From Sphaerodactylus townsendi (lineage: Eukaryota): a DNA stretch of 64,000 nt. The stretch covers positions 28,086,001 through 28,150,000 of the forward strand of contig NC_059429.1 in NCBI RefSeq assembly GCF_021028975.2, read 5' to 3'. The translations under genes and the position numbers were made by a program. The notes below the pieces were generated by a model that worked only from the letters and a program-made list of their open reading frames with translations, did not search any database and was not told the DNA's origin. Positions 27,371-39,555 of this stretch are shown here, piece by piece (within the stretch, counting starts at the first letter, position 1; each line of letters opens with the position of its first letter).

Positions 27371-29960
27371 GATATCATATCAAAACACCTGGCCATCAAC
27401 AATTCTTTGAGACAGTTTCTCGAACTAGCCAATGGTAAGCATGCATGGAGACATTGTTAGCAACTCCCTTCTAAGTTCCATTAATGCAGGTCTATAAAGA
27501 AAGGCATTCACTTTATTTTTAAGAGAATCATTCTGTACAATCTTAGTTGGTACCAATGTTGTTCACTCTGTTCAGCTTGAGGGCAAGGTGAGAGATACAT
27601 ATTTATTATCATTAGTTTGAGAGTATCCCAGATTATTAGAAGTACCTGAGCCAAATTATCACATGAGTGTGGAGTTTTAACTCTTGCTCCCACATTTGAG
27701 GCAAGCAATATGGCCAAACCCACTTTACAGCAACCTTTCATACTAGATCTGTGTGCTGGAATACAATAGGAATTATACTCTGAAAGAAGGATGGGAGTTG
27801 GGACCATATCCCTTGCATGAGTAACAGGTCAGCTTTAGCTAGAGTATTGCAAAAATCTGCATTACTGAACTAATTAGTCCAATCAGCCACATTCCAAGAT
27901 ATAAATTTCAGAGATGTTAATGGATTGACACTTCATTTCTGGCATCAATCTAACTCTGCTATTTGATCTAGGGTGCCACGAACATCATGGAAAACACAAC
28001 AGTTAGAATCAAAGGCTGGAGGTGAGTTGGACTGTACAGACTGCCCAATATCCTTGCTTATGAACACCCACCACCCCCCGAGAGTTTCGATGTATCATGG
28101 TGCCTATATTTCTAAGTACTGTAGTATCTTCAGGAGCCCTGCAAGTATCTGCCAGCTTAACTTCATCTGATTTGCTCAGTTCCTTGAGCTCTTGCCAGAG
28201 GCAGAGATGCAATGGGGACATCTGGGGTGGCTCACCCCAGGAGCTGTCACTGCAGTCACATGTCAGGCACGGGACTGGGGGCATGTCAGGGGCAGGGTGG
28301 GGGAATGTCAGGGGCATTTCAGTGGTGGGGCGGGGGTGGGAGAGGGCGTGCAGGCAGTTCATGTCCCAAGTTCCCCTTCATTCATCACTGGCTCTTGTAC
28401 CCATGATTTCCCACCATCAGAACTTCCAATGTCATTATATAGGCCCTTAAATGTGGAGGATTCAGTTCTAGTTCACTCAGTTGTTTCATATGAACTTGAT
28501 TCTGGGTGGCCAATCTCAGCGTTTTATGATGATGGGGTAGAAAAGGAGTTTGCCTTTTCAAGTTGAACTGGTGTCAAAAGTGGTGATCAAATCCCAACAT
28601 TACAACAGTTCTTAGGAGAGACTGATATTAACATTTTGTCTCTGCAAGTGTTAAGACTCTCCCTCAACTGATCTAGTCTCTTCAATATTGCTTCCTGCTC
28701 GTTATTGCTTGATAGTTGGAAGGAGTTCTTAACACTTTCTTCGAGCATTTCATTTCCAAAGGATAACAGACCTTTAAAGCTTTTACTGAGATCACCAGAA
28801 TTATCAGGTTGTTTGCTGATAGAATTACTATTAAGGAGAGCAGCATGCTGAGATATTTGAGCAGAAGGTAAACTGGGGGTGACACAGATGATGGACACTG
28901 GAATGGTAGGCCAACAATAGTGAGGAAGTAGTGGATATTTAAGTCTACTAACAAAAACTCCTCATGAAAATGTCCTTAGATGCCAAATTTACTCTGATCT
29001 GAAGTAACAAACCCAGAATATAGGCTGTCTTAAAAGTAAGCAACAGCCTTTGCAGTTTGGGAGGAAAGCTTAAGCTAGATCCATCCAGAGACTCTACTGA
29101 TAGTAGGTCAATATTCAAAGACTTTCTTCCCAACAAAATTCTCAGATGGTTTTTGGCCAGTCTTGTTGAGTTCCATGAAGCACAGACTCCCCTAAATTCA
29201 TTAACTGTGAGACAAATTTGCTTAGCAGCCATCATGAACTGAAATGATTGGCTGTTACTAGAGTTTCCTAATTCTGAATGTTTCCCATATAGTTAATGTC
29301 ATTTCCTCCCATTCTTCTTTTGTTATGTGTATTCTAAATTTGGGAGGATACAACGGTGCTACTCTCAGGCTTATTTACAGTTCAAGTTGAGTGAGCAGAA
29401 GGTTTACCTTTTAATTCAATGCACTCTAAGCACTGAAATAGTTTATCATTCATATCTTTCAGGTCAGCATATATTTTCTTTACTGTAATGGCAACAAGAT
29501 TACATAGCTGAAGCAGTTTGTTTCCAGTGGTTCTAATATTACTGTTTCCAAAAGAGGAGAAGAGGCTGGTTTCCCCATGCTCCTCCAACTCATTAGGTCC
29601 TTCCTTACAGAAATGGGCTGCTGTTATCTCCATCTGAGGTGGAAGTGCCTTATGGAATGCAGACATTATGACCTCAGGCTCTGCCAAAACAGGTATTGCA
29701 AAGTTTTGTGAACAGAGATCATAATTTTCCTTTGTAGCAAGAAAGTCTCTGATTTTAAGTTTTTTTTGCAGGCAGGCAGTGAGCTTAGCACCTCTCTCTG
29801 CACCATGTGATTGCTTTCTCACTGTCCTTTATCTTTCCATTAAAAAATTCAGAAGTTAGAGTGAAAAGTTTTTTTAAAAAAAAACTCAGTGAAGGCACAA
29901 TGAACAATAATAATAAAAGTCTTTCATCTCACTCAGCAGAGCTTTTTCAAGGTCGAACTT
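27370..29960 (-). mobile_element. RTE-X-like LINE 5' half (ORF1 and start of the APE endonuclease)
   Basis: ORF1 fragments 29382-29822 and 28948-29235 (ICLTV..WNS..IDLLSVE..RLLLTF); APE start LKFISWNVA..LLLMQ..GLAILL..IINMYLSP. Confidence 0.7.
28196..28390. mobile_element. hAT MITE
   Basis: cagagg..catcactg; TSD gctcttgc / gctcttgt; one end is shared with the 58992 element. Confidence 0.7.
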
Positions 29961-30109
29961 GCTCAGACCTAGTATAACTACTCCCCTCAGCTCTTCAGTT
30001 CTCAGTAACAATGCTTGAAAAAACAGTAGTCTTAAAGTAGTCCAATAAGCCACAGATTCTCACTTAGCTCATTTAAACTCCATCTCTGGGCTGACTAACA
30101 GTTTAAAGC

Positions 30110-30255
30110 ACTGAAAACAACAGCTGGCCAGGTTCTCAGGTAAAAGTTTTTTCACATCGCATAGTTCCTGGTCCTTTTAACTGGAGACCCTGGGGATTGA
30201 ACTGGCTGGAGCATTCTGCATGCAAAGCAAATGCTCTTCCATGGAGTCACACCTG
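30110..30255 (-). mobile_element. tRNA-derived SINE fragment (second family; another copy at about 57710-57900)
   Basis: ttttaactggaga..ggggattgaac..ttctgcatgcaaagc, the reverse complement of a tRNA-like head. Confidence 0.6.
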
Positions 30256-30265
30256 TCCCCAAGTG

Positions 30266-30398
30266 CAGTGGTGGAATTCAGCAGGTTTGCACCACTTCGG
30301 CAGAACAGGTTGTTAAAATGGTGCTTGTAAGCAGCCAGTTGTTAAAATATGTGAATCTCATCACCAGAACCCGTTAAATTATTTGAATCCCACCACTG
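30266..30398. mobile_element. hAT MITE
   Basis: TIRs cagtggtggaattca / tgaatcccaccactg; perfect TSD cccaagtg. Confidence 0.9.
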
Positions 30399-31051
30399 CC
30401 CAAGTGGCTTTACTATTCTAACTTTTGCCTATTCTGACCCTTCACCTCAAAGTGAGCCATGTTACATAGCCCTAAGTTTAATTAGAGCATGATCATTATT
30501 ATGGTTATTATTTCCTTCATAGATTCTACAGGGAACCTTTTCCTTTAATAGAACAACCATAGAGGATCTGACCTTTGTCTTATCTCTCGTTCTTTCATGT
30601 TATCAACATTCACTTTGGTTGGAACAGGCTTTTTGATGTGCACCTGCTCTGTGAGATCGAAGGCTTTGATTTGCAACCGTACGCTCCTTTGCATTTAAAC
30701 CTGTAAACTCATGTTAAACTCCCACATGCAACAAATGTAATGAAATGGATCAAAAAGCGTTTTATGGTGCGATTCAAAGTGATGCACATCTGAGGTGTAG
30801 TTGGCTTTGTTCATGCCGGAGGCAATTTGTATTTCACAATGAGTGTATGTTTCATGAAAGAGGAGCACTTGCTATTATTGTGACCATTTATACTAGGGAT
30901 GAACACATCTTCTACGGGTGGTTTCTTTTTTTATATTCCACTATCATATGTCAGCGATTGGTTTTCTCAGTTTTGTCACTGGCTTCCCATATTCATTTGT
31001 ATGGTATAGAGTTTTGTATACCATTTACTTGGTATTGATAAATACAATGTA

Positions 31052-31190
31052 CATTGGTTGTTATGGGTTTTCCAGGCTGTGTGGCTGTGGTCTGGTAGAT
31101 CTTGTTCCTAACGTTTCATCTGCATCTGATTGTGGCTGGCATCTTCAGAGGTGTATCACAGAGAGATGTCTATCACAAACTGTGTCCATT
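31052..31190 (-). mobile_element. Short Penelope-derived element with a hammerhead core
   Basis: Reverse strand cctctgaagatgccagccac..gaaacgttaggaac..ggaaaaccca. Confidence 0.75.
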
Positions 31191-32539
31191 GTCAAATGCT
31201 GATTTATTGATGCAAAAATAATATTGGATAAATAATAATAGTATACAGGGAAATAATATTTTACAGGGAAAAAAATTGGTCTGAGACACAGAAAATGGTG
31301 GAAGAATCACAGATTTGATTCATACAAGGAAGAAACACATGAATATCAGGATTGTCCATTTGAAACCAGAGAAGTTTGAAATCCCTGATTTGCATTTCAA
31401 TCTGTTACATGCTGCATACAGCCCTTTGCTCTGGCAGACTGAATTTGATTCTTCCTTAGGAACACCTGTGGCCAGATTCAAATGTGATATGTTGTGTTAC
31501 CCAACATTTTGTTTTAACTGAGCAGCTGTTGCCCATGAAATCTAGTCACATGGGCTTCATTATCATACTGCAGACTTGTGGCCTGGGAAGGTGTTACTCG
31601 GTCATGCTGACTACTCCTATGAAGTTGTTTTGCAGTAGTAGCTGCTCAGTTTCAATAAGATAGTGGACCAATGCAAAACAATGTTCTTTTGCATTGTCAT
31701 AGACCAATATTTGCAGGCAGCAAACAAGTTGCGCACACAGAATGTGAATCATAAACAGTAGAAACTAAGAAAAATTATTTAAAAATTGAGCCATGGGCAC
31801 AACTACCCTGACTTAAAAATGGAGCTCATGAGTCATTGTTGCAAAAAGCTTGGAGCTCAATTTCATCTCTGTGCCAAGACAGAAATAACGTTTGAACAGT
31901 GAGGAGGAACAGTGTTGTTCTGAAACCAACATCTATCTCTCCTGAGGCCAGCTCTAGAAACACTAATTCTGTAAGCTAGCAAAATGGTTCCATCTGAATA
32001 GGGAAAAGGAGGGTACCTGTTGGTTCTGCTCAAAACTGCAGTTCTCCTCTCATGTCTTATAAGAGATATCCAACTGTGAAAAAATGTTTCTGGCTTTTTT
32101 ATTGCTAAATGCTATAATAGATATTTAATTCTGAAATTGGCCCTGAGTGCAGATCAAAAATCCACACAATGGGGTCAGGTACAGAAAGGGGAGATGCTTT
32201 GACAAATCTGCCATGATGCACTGTTTGCGAAAACATCCCTAAAGTAAAAGCTATGAAGACACACCCATTCATACCTAGCTGTGAAGAATCTGCTACAACT
32301 ACTTTAAAATTCCAGAGATTGGGTTGCCAGGCCCACACTCGGGCTGTACACCCCCTGCTTCATGTCTCTTCCCTCTGGTGCTGATCTGCTAGCCATAAGG
32401 AGCCTTGCTGGCAGGAAACTAGGCCTAGGCCATTTGTCTTGGGCTATGTCACTTCCAATGCACATCAGAAGTGATGTTGCTGAGTGACACAGGCCTAGGC
32501 CTAATTTTTGTGCTGGTAGTTGCTGCCTGAGGATGGGAC

Positions 32540-33290
32540 CACCCCTTCTTGGAGCCCTTTAACCCAATAATCACACCACACTCATGGCTGGGGAAAATTA
32601 CTTGACCATAGCCAACCATTAATTCTGCAGTAAGAAGTGTGAGGTGCAGCATGGGATTCTGATCTGATTTGTAACACTGGGCAGCCCCTCCTCAAGGGTG
32701 CCTCCAGGACAAGCTGCTCTTCCCGCCACCCTGTTGGCTGACAGTTTCCCTTGCCACTGCTGCGGAGCTCCAGCAGGTGGTTGGCCTCTTACTGGAGCTT
32801 CGCTGCGATGTTCAGCTGGGCGGTCTGCCTCTTGTCATAGCATTCCATACTACATGCGGGGGGGGGGGAGGTAGTTCCCTAGCTTCCCTCCCCCAGCCCC
32901 TCAGATCAATTCCCATGCGCCAAACCACTGAATGGCTATGACAAAGCAGCATGCATTAACACATCACCAAAGTATAAAAGGGGGAGAGGTGGGCAGGCGA
33001 GTTGTTGGCCGGGTTACATGGTCTCCAGGGTACATGGTCTGAAGACAAAGGCCAGCCTGGTCTTAGGTGTGCTCCGACCGGCCTCCCCCTGGAGATGTTG
33101 CCCTGCCCTCATGGGGCATGGCTGAGAGGCCCCCCATCCGCCCTTAGTAGGGTGGATGCCAAAGGCCTCCTCCTGCCCTTCCCAGGCAGCAACTGCAGCT
33201 GTGGTGATTCACAGTCGCTCTTTTATCCCTATTTCCTGCATCCTGCCGCCAGTTGGCAGGGGGTACTTGAAAAGCCTATCCAATGATTAT
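32540..33290 (-). mobile_element. Ngaro/DIRS-like repeat, older copy
   Basis: Colinear inverted similarity to 40230-41010 (acactcat..ccatagccaa..ggtgcagcatggg; cccatgcgc..ggtgggcaggcg). Confidence 0.6.
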
Positions 33291-34199
33291 CTTTGTCACA
33301 CATTCCCTTGAATTATTTCATTATTTCCAGGTAAATGCAGCCATTGAGATATGTTCCTGGGATATGTTGAAATAATTGTTATTCAAACATTCACAGTGGC
33401 TATACTTTGTATTATGTGTATATCCTTATAAAAACTTTGGTTTTGACTTAGTTCAAAGTAAATGTTCTCAGGACTGCAGATACAGAGTACTAACTCAGTT
33501 TGTCCTGAGCCAAAATTTTAAAGGGGTCACAAGGGGGAAAAACATCCAATTTATCTTAGCTTTTTATTTCCTCCAGTGACAAAAAGAAACCATTTATCAA
33601 TCCTCTAAAACCTGGCCATTTTGCTCCAGTTAATGGACTCACAAAACCTGTTTTCCCATTCATGCTGCAGTTTTCAGACTCCTCAAAGAAAACAGAGCAG
33701 GAGCATTTCAAACGGGTTTCCCTTATGGACAGCCAAGTGGAATGTTCTCAAATATTTAAATGCTGGCATTTGCTGAATTGTGGGTGAACTTTGTTTAACA
33801 AACATAATCCTTTATATTCACTTGTTTTGAATTTTATCCATTTGTTTTGGATTACTTGTACATTAGGAATTAATTGCTAAGATAGCTCCATTTTGCCAAT
33901 GTGCCAGGGAAAATGCTTTTTGATCCAGTACTTTCTTGTCACAGTTGCATCATTTCTTCTAAAAATATATTTTCCTTGCCTTTTTAATTAATCCACAAAT
34001 TGTGCTGTTTAGACTTGGCACTGATTGATGTCTCTCATTGCAAACTGATTTAAACAGCATACTAATTAGTCTTATGTAGATACTACCCAATGATACTGCA
34101 TTGAAATCAGTAATGCACCAAACTCATCCGACTAACCACAACATATCTTACAAACTGATACTGTAAAGCATGTTAAAGTGCTTTTATACTCAGAAAACT

Positions 34200-35200
34200 C
34201 TATACAGCTCCTAAGAATTACACTGCAGCTGAGGGGGGTGGGATTTGGAAATTCTGCTCACCATCAATGGAAAAACTTGCTTCTTTTAATCCTATTAATT
34301 TATTTGAAACTAGGGGCCACTCCCCACTTACCTCGTCTGAGTGCAACCCCGCAGCGACCCCTCGTAGAAAAGCCTCCGTGGCTTTTGACAACGGAGACAT
34401 TTGTTCCCCACTCATTTTCCATTCAGGAAATAGCATGGGGTTCCACATCAAGAGTCAAAGAGGCAATCGAGCGTTCTGATTGGCTGGCATGCGTGTGCAT
34501 CACATTTACCGACATTAAGGGAGTTGCAGCCAGCCAGGGTTAGGCCGAGGGCTCAATTTGATTAGCTGACCCGAAGAAGTTACGTTTTGGATAAGCTGAA
34601 GCAGCATTGTTTTAAGAGAGCGTCTGCACATGCTTTGAAGCGTCACTACCATGTTACCAAATTTAGCGCTGGGCAGAAAAATGAGAAAGTAAATATTGGT
34701 TTCGGCTATTAACCGCCGACGAAAGCCCTGTGCTCAGCAGCACTTTGCCAAGCTGCGAGCAAAAAAGAGCAATGTTAGGCGCGTCTTGTTGATGCACACG
34801 TCTCAATTTCCGGAAGCACTTTCTGGCGGGAATACCCTCCCTAAACAAAATGGCCCGGTTCCACCAGTCGTGTTTTCCTACCGATTGGCCTGGGAAGCTG
34901 CGCGTCAGAAGCCCGAATCAGCCGCGCGTAAACAGCCCGAGGATTTCCCACCTTACCCCCCTGCGGCACTCCTGCATAAGGGTTTTTTGAAAATGTTGCT
35001 CTTTTCAGGGGACCTAATTTGCCGTGCAACAAGGAAGTGGGAGAGCAGCAAATTAAGGGCAGCTGTGCAGTGGGCGCTGGTGACGTGGGGAACGTCCATC
35101 CTCCTCGTGTCTTTTAAAGAGGTGACCCCGCGGCTTATGGTGAGTGGGGAGTGGCCCTAGATCTTCTTTTACACATATTGCAACTGTACTTCCACTATAA
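34200..35200. promoter_or_regulatory. CpG-rich, apparently bidirectional promoter-like region inside a BRINP3 intron
   Basis: High CpG density against a depleted background. Inverted CCAAT (ATTGG) at 34479, 34695 and 34884; ETS CCGGAAG 34810; E2F-like TGGCGGGAA 34824; YY1-like AAAATGGC 34847; TTTGAA 34634. Donors: minus GAG|GTAAGT (34332), plus ATG|GTGAGT (35139). No TIR/TSD or LINE similarity noticed. Confidence 0.6.
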
Positions 35201-38200
35201 TTAGCTCTGTAGAAATGTACACATGTGATAATACGGGGAGGAAGACAGCTTTCTTTTATGTTCAGGATATTTTCTTGTGACTTGTTTTCTTTTAATTTTT
35301 TTCCCTATTTCACTGCTTTATTCCACAGTTGACCTGTTACTAGCTCCAATAAAACCAGTTCACCCTGAAAAAGAAGCCCCAGGCAAGTTTCTGAGCACTT
35401 CATGTGCTTAACTCCCCACCAGATCAATGGCTTGGATCCTGCAGTAGATCTCTACTGTCCAAAAGAATTTTCACTGGTAGAACTGAACTTTCATGCTTTT
35501 CTCCTCTCACTGCAGTCCACTCCACCAAAATGCAGCCCTCTGATGGACCGGGGAACCCCAGAAACAAAGCGGTGGGTGGGTAGACATCTGCAGCACTAGA
35601 AGGAAATGGCAAGAAAACATGCCTCCCCTTCTGTTTGTGGAAATTCTCCATGAGTTCCAACTAAACATGACTTGCAACACTTTGTAGAAATGGAACATGC
35701 ATGATATGAACCAACTGTGATTTGGATCTTCCTTTTGTAAAAGCTAATTAGCAGTCCCGAGAGTCACTTGGATGACTTGAGAAGGGTTGAGGGGTTAAAT
35801 TGTATTTAATCCTTTCCTCTCATTATAAAACTGCAATTCTTCCCTGGACGTTTATGCACTTGTGGTCTGCTTCAGTGTGCATTCCTTTTGAGTTGGATGT
35901 TCAATTATGCACTCATTTTGGCTTCTTCAGAAGTTATGGAGCTCTCACATCCGAGAAACTCCACTGTTTCTAAAACCAGGCAAAGTGTGATTTTCCCTTG
36001 TTTTTGCTGGGAAAGCAAAGGGAGTTAGGATATGTTATGTTTCCTTTGGGTTTTCCAGCTCCTCCCTGCCTTCCCCCACTGACAAAACAGCTTTTCCAGC
36101 CAGAATCAAAAGACTTTTTAAAAATTATTTTTGCCCTGCAGATCTACCGATAATGCAGTAGACCGAAGAAATTGGCATGGTGTATTGCATTATCGATCAC
36201 CCAAACTGGCATCATCCCCTCCTTGCAAAAAAGTGTTGGGCTACCTCCCCAGAGGGAGGTTGCACAGAAACAAAAATGAAGTGGTAGGCAAACAGTAGAT
36301 GTCCCCTGCAAACAGGAAACTGTGGGAAAACCATGTTACGAAGCCAACAGCTGTGCTGCAAACAGTAAGTGCAGTAAGTCTGCGGATAAAGCAGGCATGC
36401 ATGTCTTTCCCCCATCTTGAATGCCTTGCCACTGGGGCATATTAAATGGGGGCATTTACTCACTCAATGACTCTTTATTTTTAAAATAAAAACTGTGGCC
36501 GATCCTGATCATGAAACTTTCATGCCACCTCTGCTTGATCCTGACAAGTGGTGTCATGCAAGCATTGAAACTGAGTCGGGACATGCCAATTCCAAACCTG
36601 TGAGCTCCTCAGCAGGCCTTAGCCAATCACCTTTTTCTCTCTGCCTTCCCCTTTGATCCCACCCTCTGCAATAATGCTAAATTGTAAGACTTGCAAGGAT
36701 TACTGAGAAGGAAGCCAAGCATTTTTAACAGAGCACTACATAAATGCTAATTATTATTGCTTTTATTAGTTTCAGTGGCACTTGTTAAGACCTAGCTTTT
36801 TTCTGGTCTGTGGGTCTCTGGTGCCCTATGCACTCCAGATGCCTTCATTTCCATAGCTGATGGTTAGTTTGTGCCTATAGTGCTTGCTGTTATTAAAATT
36901 CCACACAATTGACAAATTGAAGCAAACTGAAACAGTTTTTCATTCTCTGCTTGCTATGCCTTTGCGTTTCTTAAACTGATTAAAGAAGGCTCTTTGTCAA
37001 TATGCATTCAGGAGATGAGCATGATAGAAAAGACCCAAATGGCCTCACAAATGTATTTTTGACTTGAAGGAATGTTTGCAGTTCTTTTCAAAGAGAGTTA
37101 ACTAGGGCACATCCAGATTCACAAAAGCAAGACTTCCAAAGAACGCATTCAGTGACTGTTGTTTTCAGATGATGTAGACACTACTTAGCTCAGCACTCTA
37201 ATGATCCCATATGCATTTTTGATAAGCTTATCAGACATTATTAGGATGCAACAAAAATAACAACAAGAAAAATGTGTGGAATAACTGTGCTGGTCGTTGC
37301 TCAGTTGTTTTCCCACAAATGAATTATTCTTTACTTCCAAATATCTTAGGACTTGTACACTTTTCCACTTTCCTTATTGTGAAGTACTCCTAGAGTTGCT
37401 TAATATGACCTTGGAAATTCCTGAAGACTAGGGGGTGGTATTTGAAGAGGGGGGAATGTGGGGGGAAAGGAGGGAGGGAAGTGATTGCAGCAAGGATGTG
37501 ATGCCATAGATTCCACTTTTTAAAGTTACCATTTTCTCAATTTTAATCCCAGAGCTCCAGGTCCCACTTGAAGGCTGGTAACATGATACTGTAATCCTTA
37601 GCAGAGTTCCCCTGTTCCAAGTCCATTTAGTTAATGGGCTCAAGTTACCACCTGAATTACCCTACCCACTATATGGTGTTTTCCCCACTTTGCTTTTGTC
37701 ATATCCTGACAATCTTTGAACTCTCAAAACAGGATGGAACCAAATCCATGAACTGTATCTTAGAGGCTTTTAACCTAAGGTTTGGCTGATTATTTAAATA
37801 TATGTGAATTCAGTTTACCTTAACTTGGCATTGCTGGCTCCTTCTCTTTTTCCCTGTTTGTGTGTGTGTATGTCAGGTTCTTCCTTGAACTACCTTCGCC
37901 TCCCCACACTTTTCTAGCTTAGGATCCCTTTTCTTTTACCCCCTCCTTCCTTGATCCTTCTGCTTATCCTACACTGCTCTTCAATCAGATCAGTTCAGAC
38001 AATGACAGTCCTTTGGCACAGTTAATCCCACTGTGACATCAGAGCAGCTCATCTAAACACTGATGGAGGTTTCACCACAATCACAGCTCAATAATTTGGT
38101 GGAACATTATAATATTGGAAAACCTTCAATAAAGAGGCAATATGAATTCGGTGCTACGGAACTATGCTGTGCATATAATTTTAAAACAAGAAAACTGGCA

Positions 38201-38749
38201 CATACAGAAAGGATTTTATGCTGCTTGCTTATTCCTCTCTCCCATTAAAACTCAATATGGAATGTAAGCTTGTGTGATCACTGTCAGATATAAAATTGCA
38301 TTTGATTGCAAATCTTCCTCCTGATCTGACAGCCCACAAATGTTACTTTGGCATATACAATGTAAAATGAAAATGAAAAGCCTGAAGATTGAATGAATAT
38401 AAATGGTGTGATGTTGGCTGCTATTAAAGAACGGAAAACTTTCTAGTCAATTCAAGATGATTATTATTTTTCTTTCAATAGAGCTTGATTTTGAAGCATC
38501 AAGTGACCATACAAATCCTGTCTATGATATGAATGCAAGAGGAGGCAAAGAAACTACTTTACATGAAACCAAATGCACCTGTTTGTATACAAGGCTTAAT
38601 TCTAGGCCCTTGGAAACTGCCAAAAAAAACATTGCTACTGAAGATGAGCAAGAGATTCTATTCTTTGAGGAGCTTCTCCAATTCTTACATGACAGTGAGA
38701 GGCACCAAGCACTATTGCTATCTAGCAATAATTTCATCCTGTTGAACTA

Positions 38750-39288
38750 GGACCTTTCCGCACAGGCGGGAAAGAGCACCCCAGGGACACCAAAAACGGC
38801 GTCCCTGGGGAGGGGTTTGCATGGCCGCCGCCACTGCATCACAGCAGCGCCGGCCTCACAACCCCCGAGCGGCGCAAAGATGCTGCTTCCAAACCTCGCT
38901 CCCTGAGCGAGGTTTTTTGGAAGCAGAGTCTTCCAACCACTGCCGTGCGAATGGCAGCGGATGGAAGGCGCCATTTCCCCCGCACCATCCCCAAACACTT
39001 ACCTCCTTTCCTGGCTTCTGGCTCATCGCAGAGGCCAGGGAACACGCCCCCCCCCCGGCCTGCAAATCTAGAGCCATCGCTCCAGGCTGTGGGGGTATGT
39101 CCCCTGGCCTCTGCGACAAGCCAGAAGCCAGGAGACAAGGTAGGCATTCAGCAACAGCGCAGCCTGTGCGAAGGCTACGCCACCACCTGCTGCCCTCCCG
39201 GGACCATCCATGCGAATGGTCCCGGTGTGTGTGTGTGTGTGCGTCAGCATTGTTTATGCCAATGCACCGTTGCGGTGCAGAAAGGGCC
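38750..39288. mobile_element. Harbinger-like MITE
   Basis: 14-bp TIRs ggacctttccgcac / gtgcagaaagggcc; 3-bp TSD cta; internal inverted repeat; CpG-rich. Confidence 0.8.
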
Positions 39289-39430
39289 CTAGAGACTGAT
39301 AGCATCGGGAGGCACAAACTGTGGGGAGAATCTGTGGGGAGAGAGTGCACAGATATGTGCTGTTGCCATGGTGCAGGCAAATCAGCCACACAGAGTGAAG
39401 CCTGACCCTCTTCAGGCTGAACTTCTTGTG

Positions 39431-39555
39431 AGAGCCAGCGTGGTATAGTAGTGAAGGGTAGATAGACTATAATCTGGAGAACTGGATTTGATTCCCCACT
39501 CCTCCACAGGAGCAGAAGATTGTTATCTGGGGAACCAGACTGGTTTCCCCACTCC
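39431..39555 (+). mobile_element. Squam3-like SINE 5' head
   Basis: agagccagcgtggtatagtagtgaag..taatctggagaactggatttgattcccc. Confidence 0.7.

Noticed and set aside
33577-33787. Good plus-strand acceptor followed by 69 open codons (DKKKPFINPLKPGHF..)
   Set aside because: No recognisable protein, no supported upstream exon and antisense to BRINP3; compatible with chance.
34200-35200. DLEU1/DLEU2 (miR-15/16) type host locus
   Set aside because: No miR-15/16 sequence was found, and the BRINP3 exon identifies the locus.
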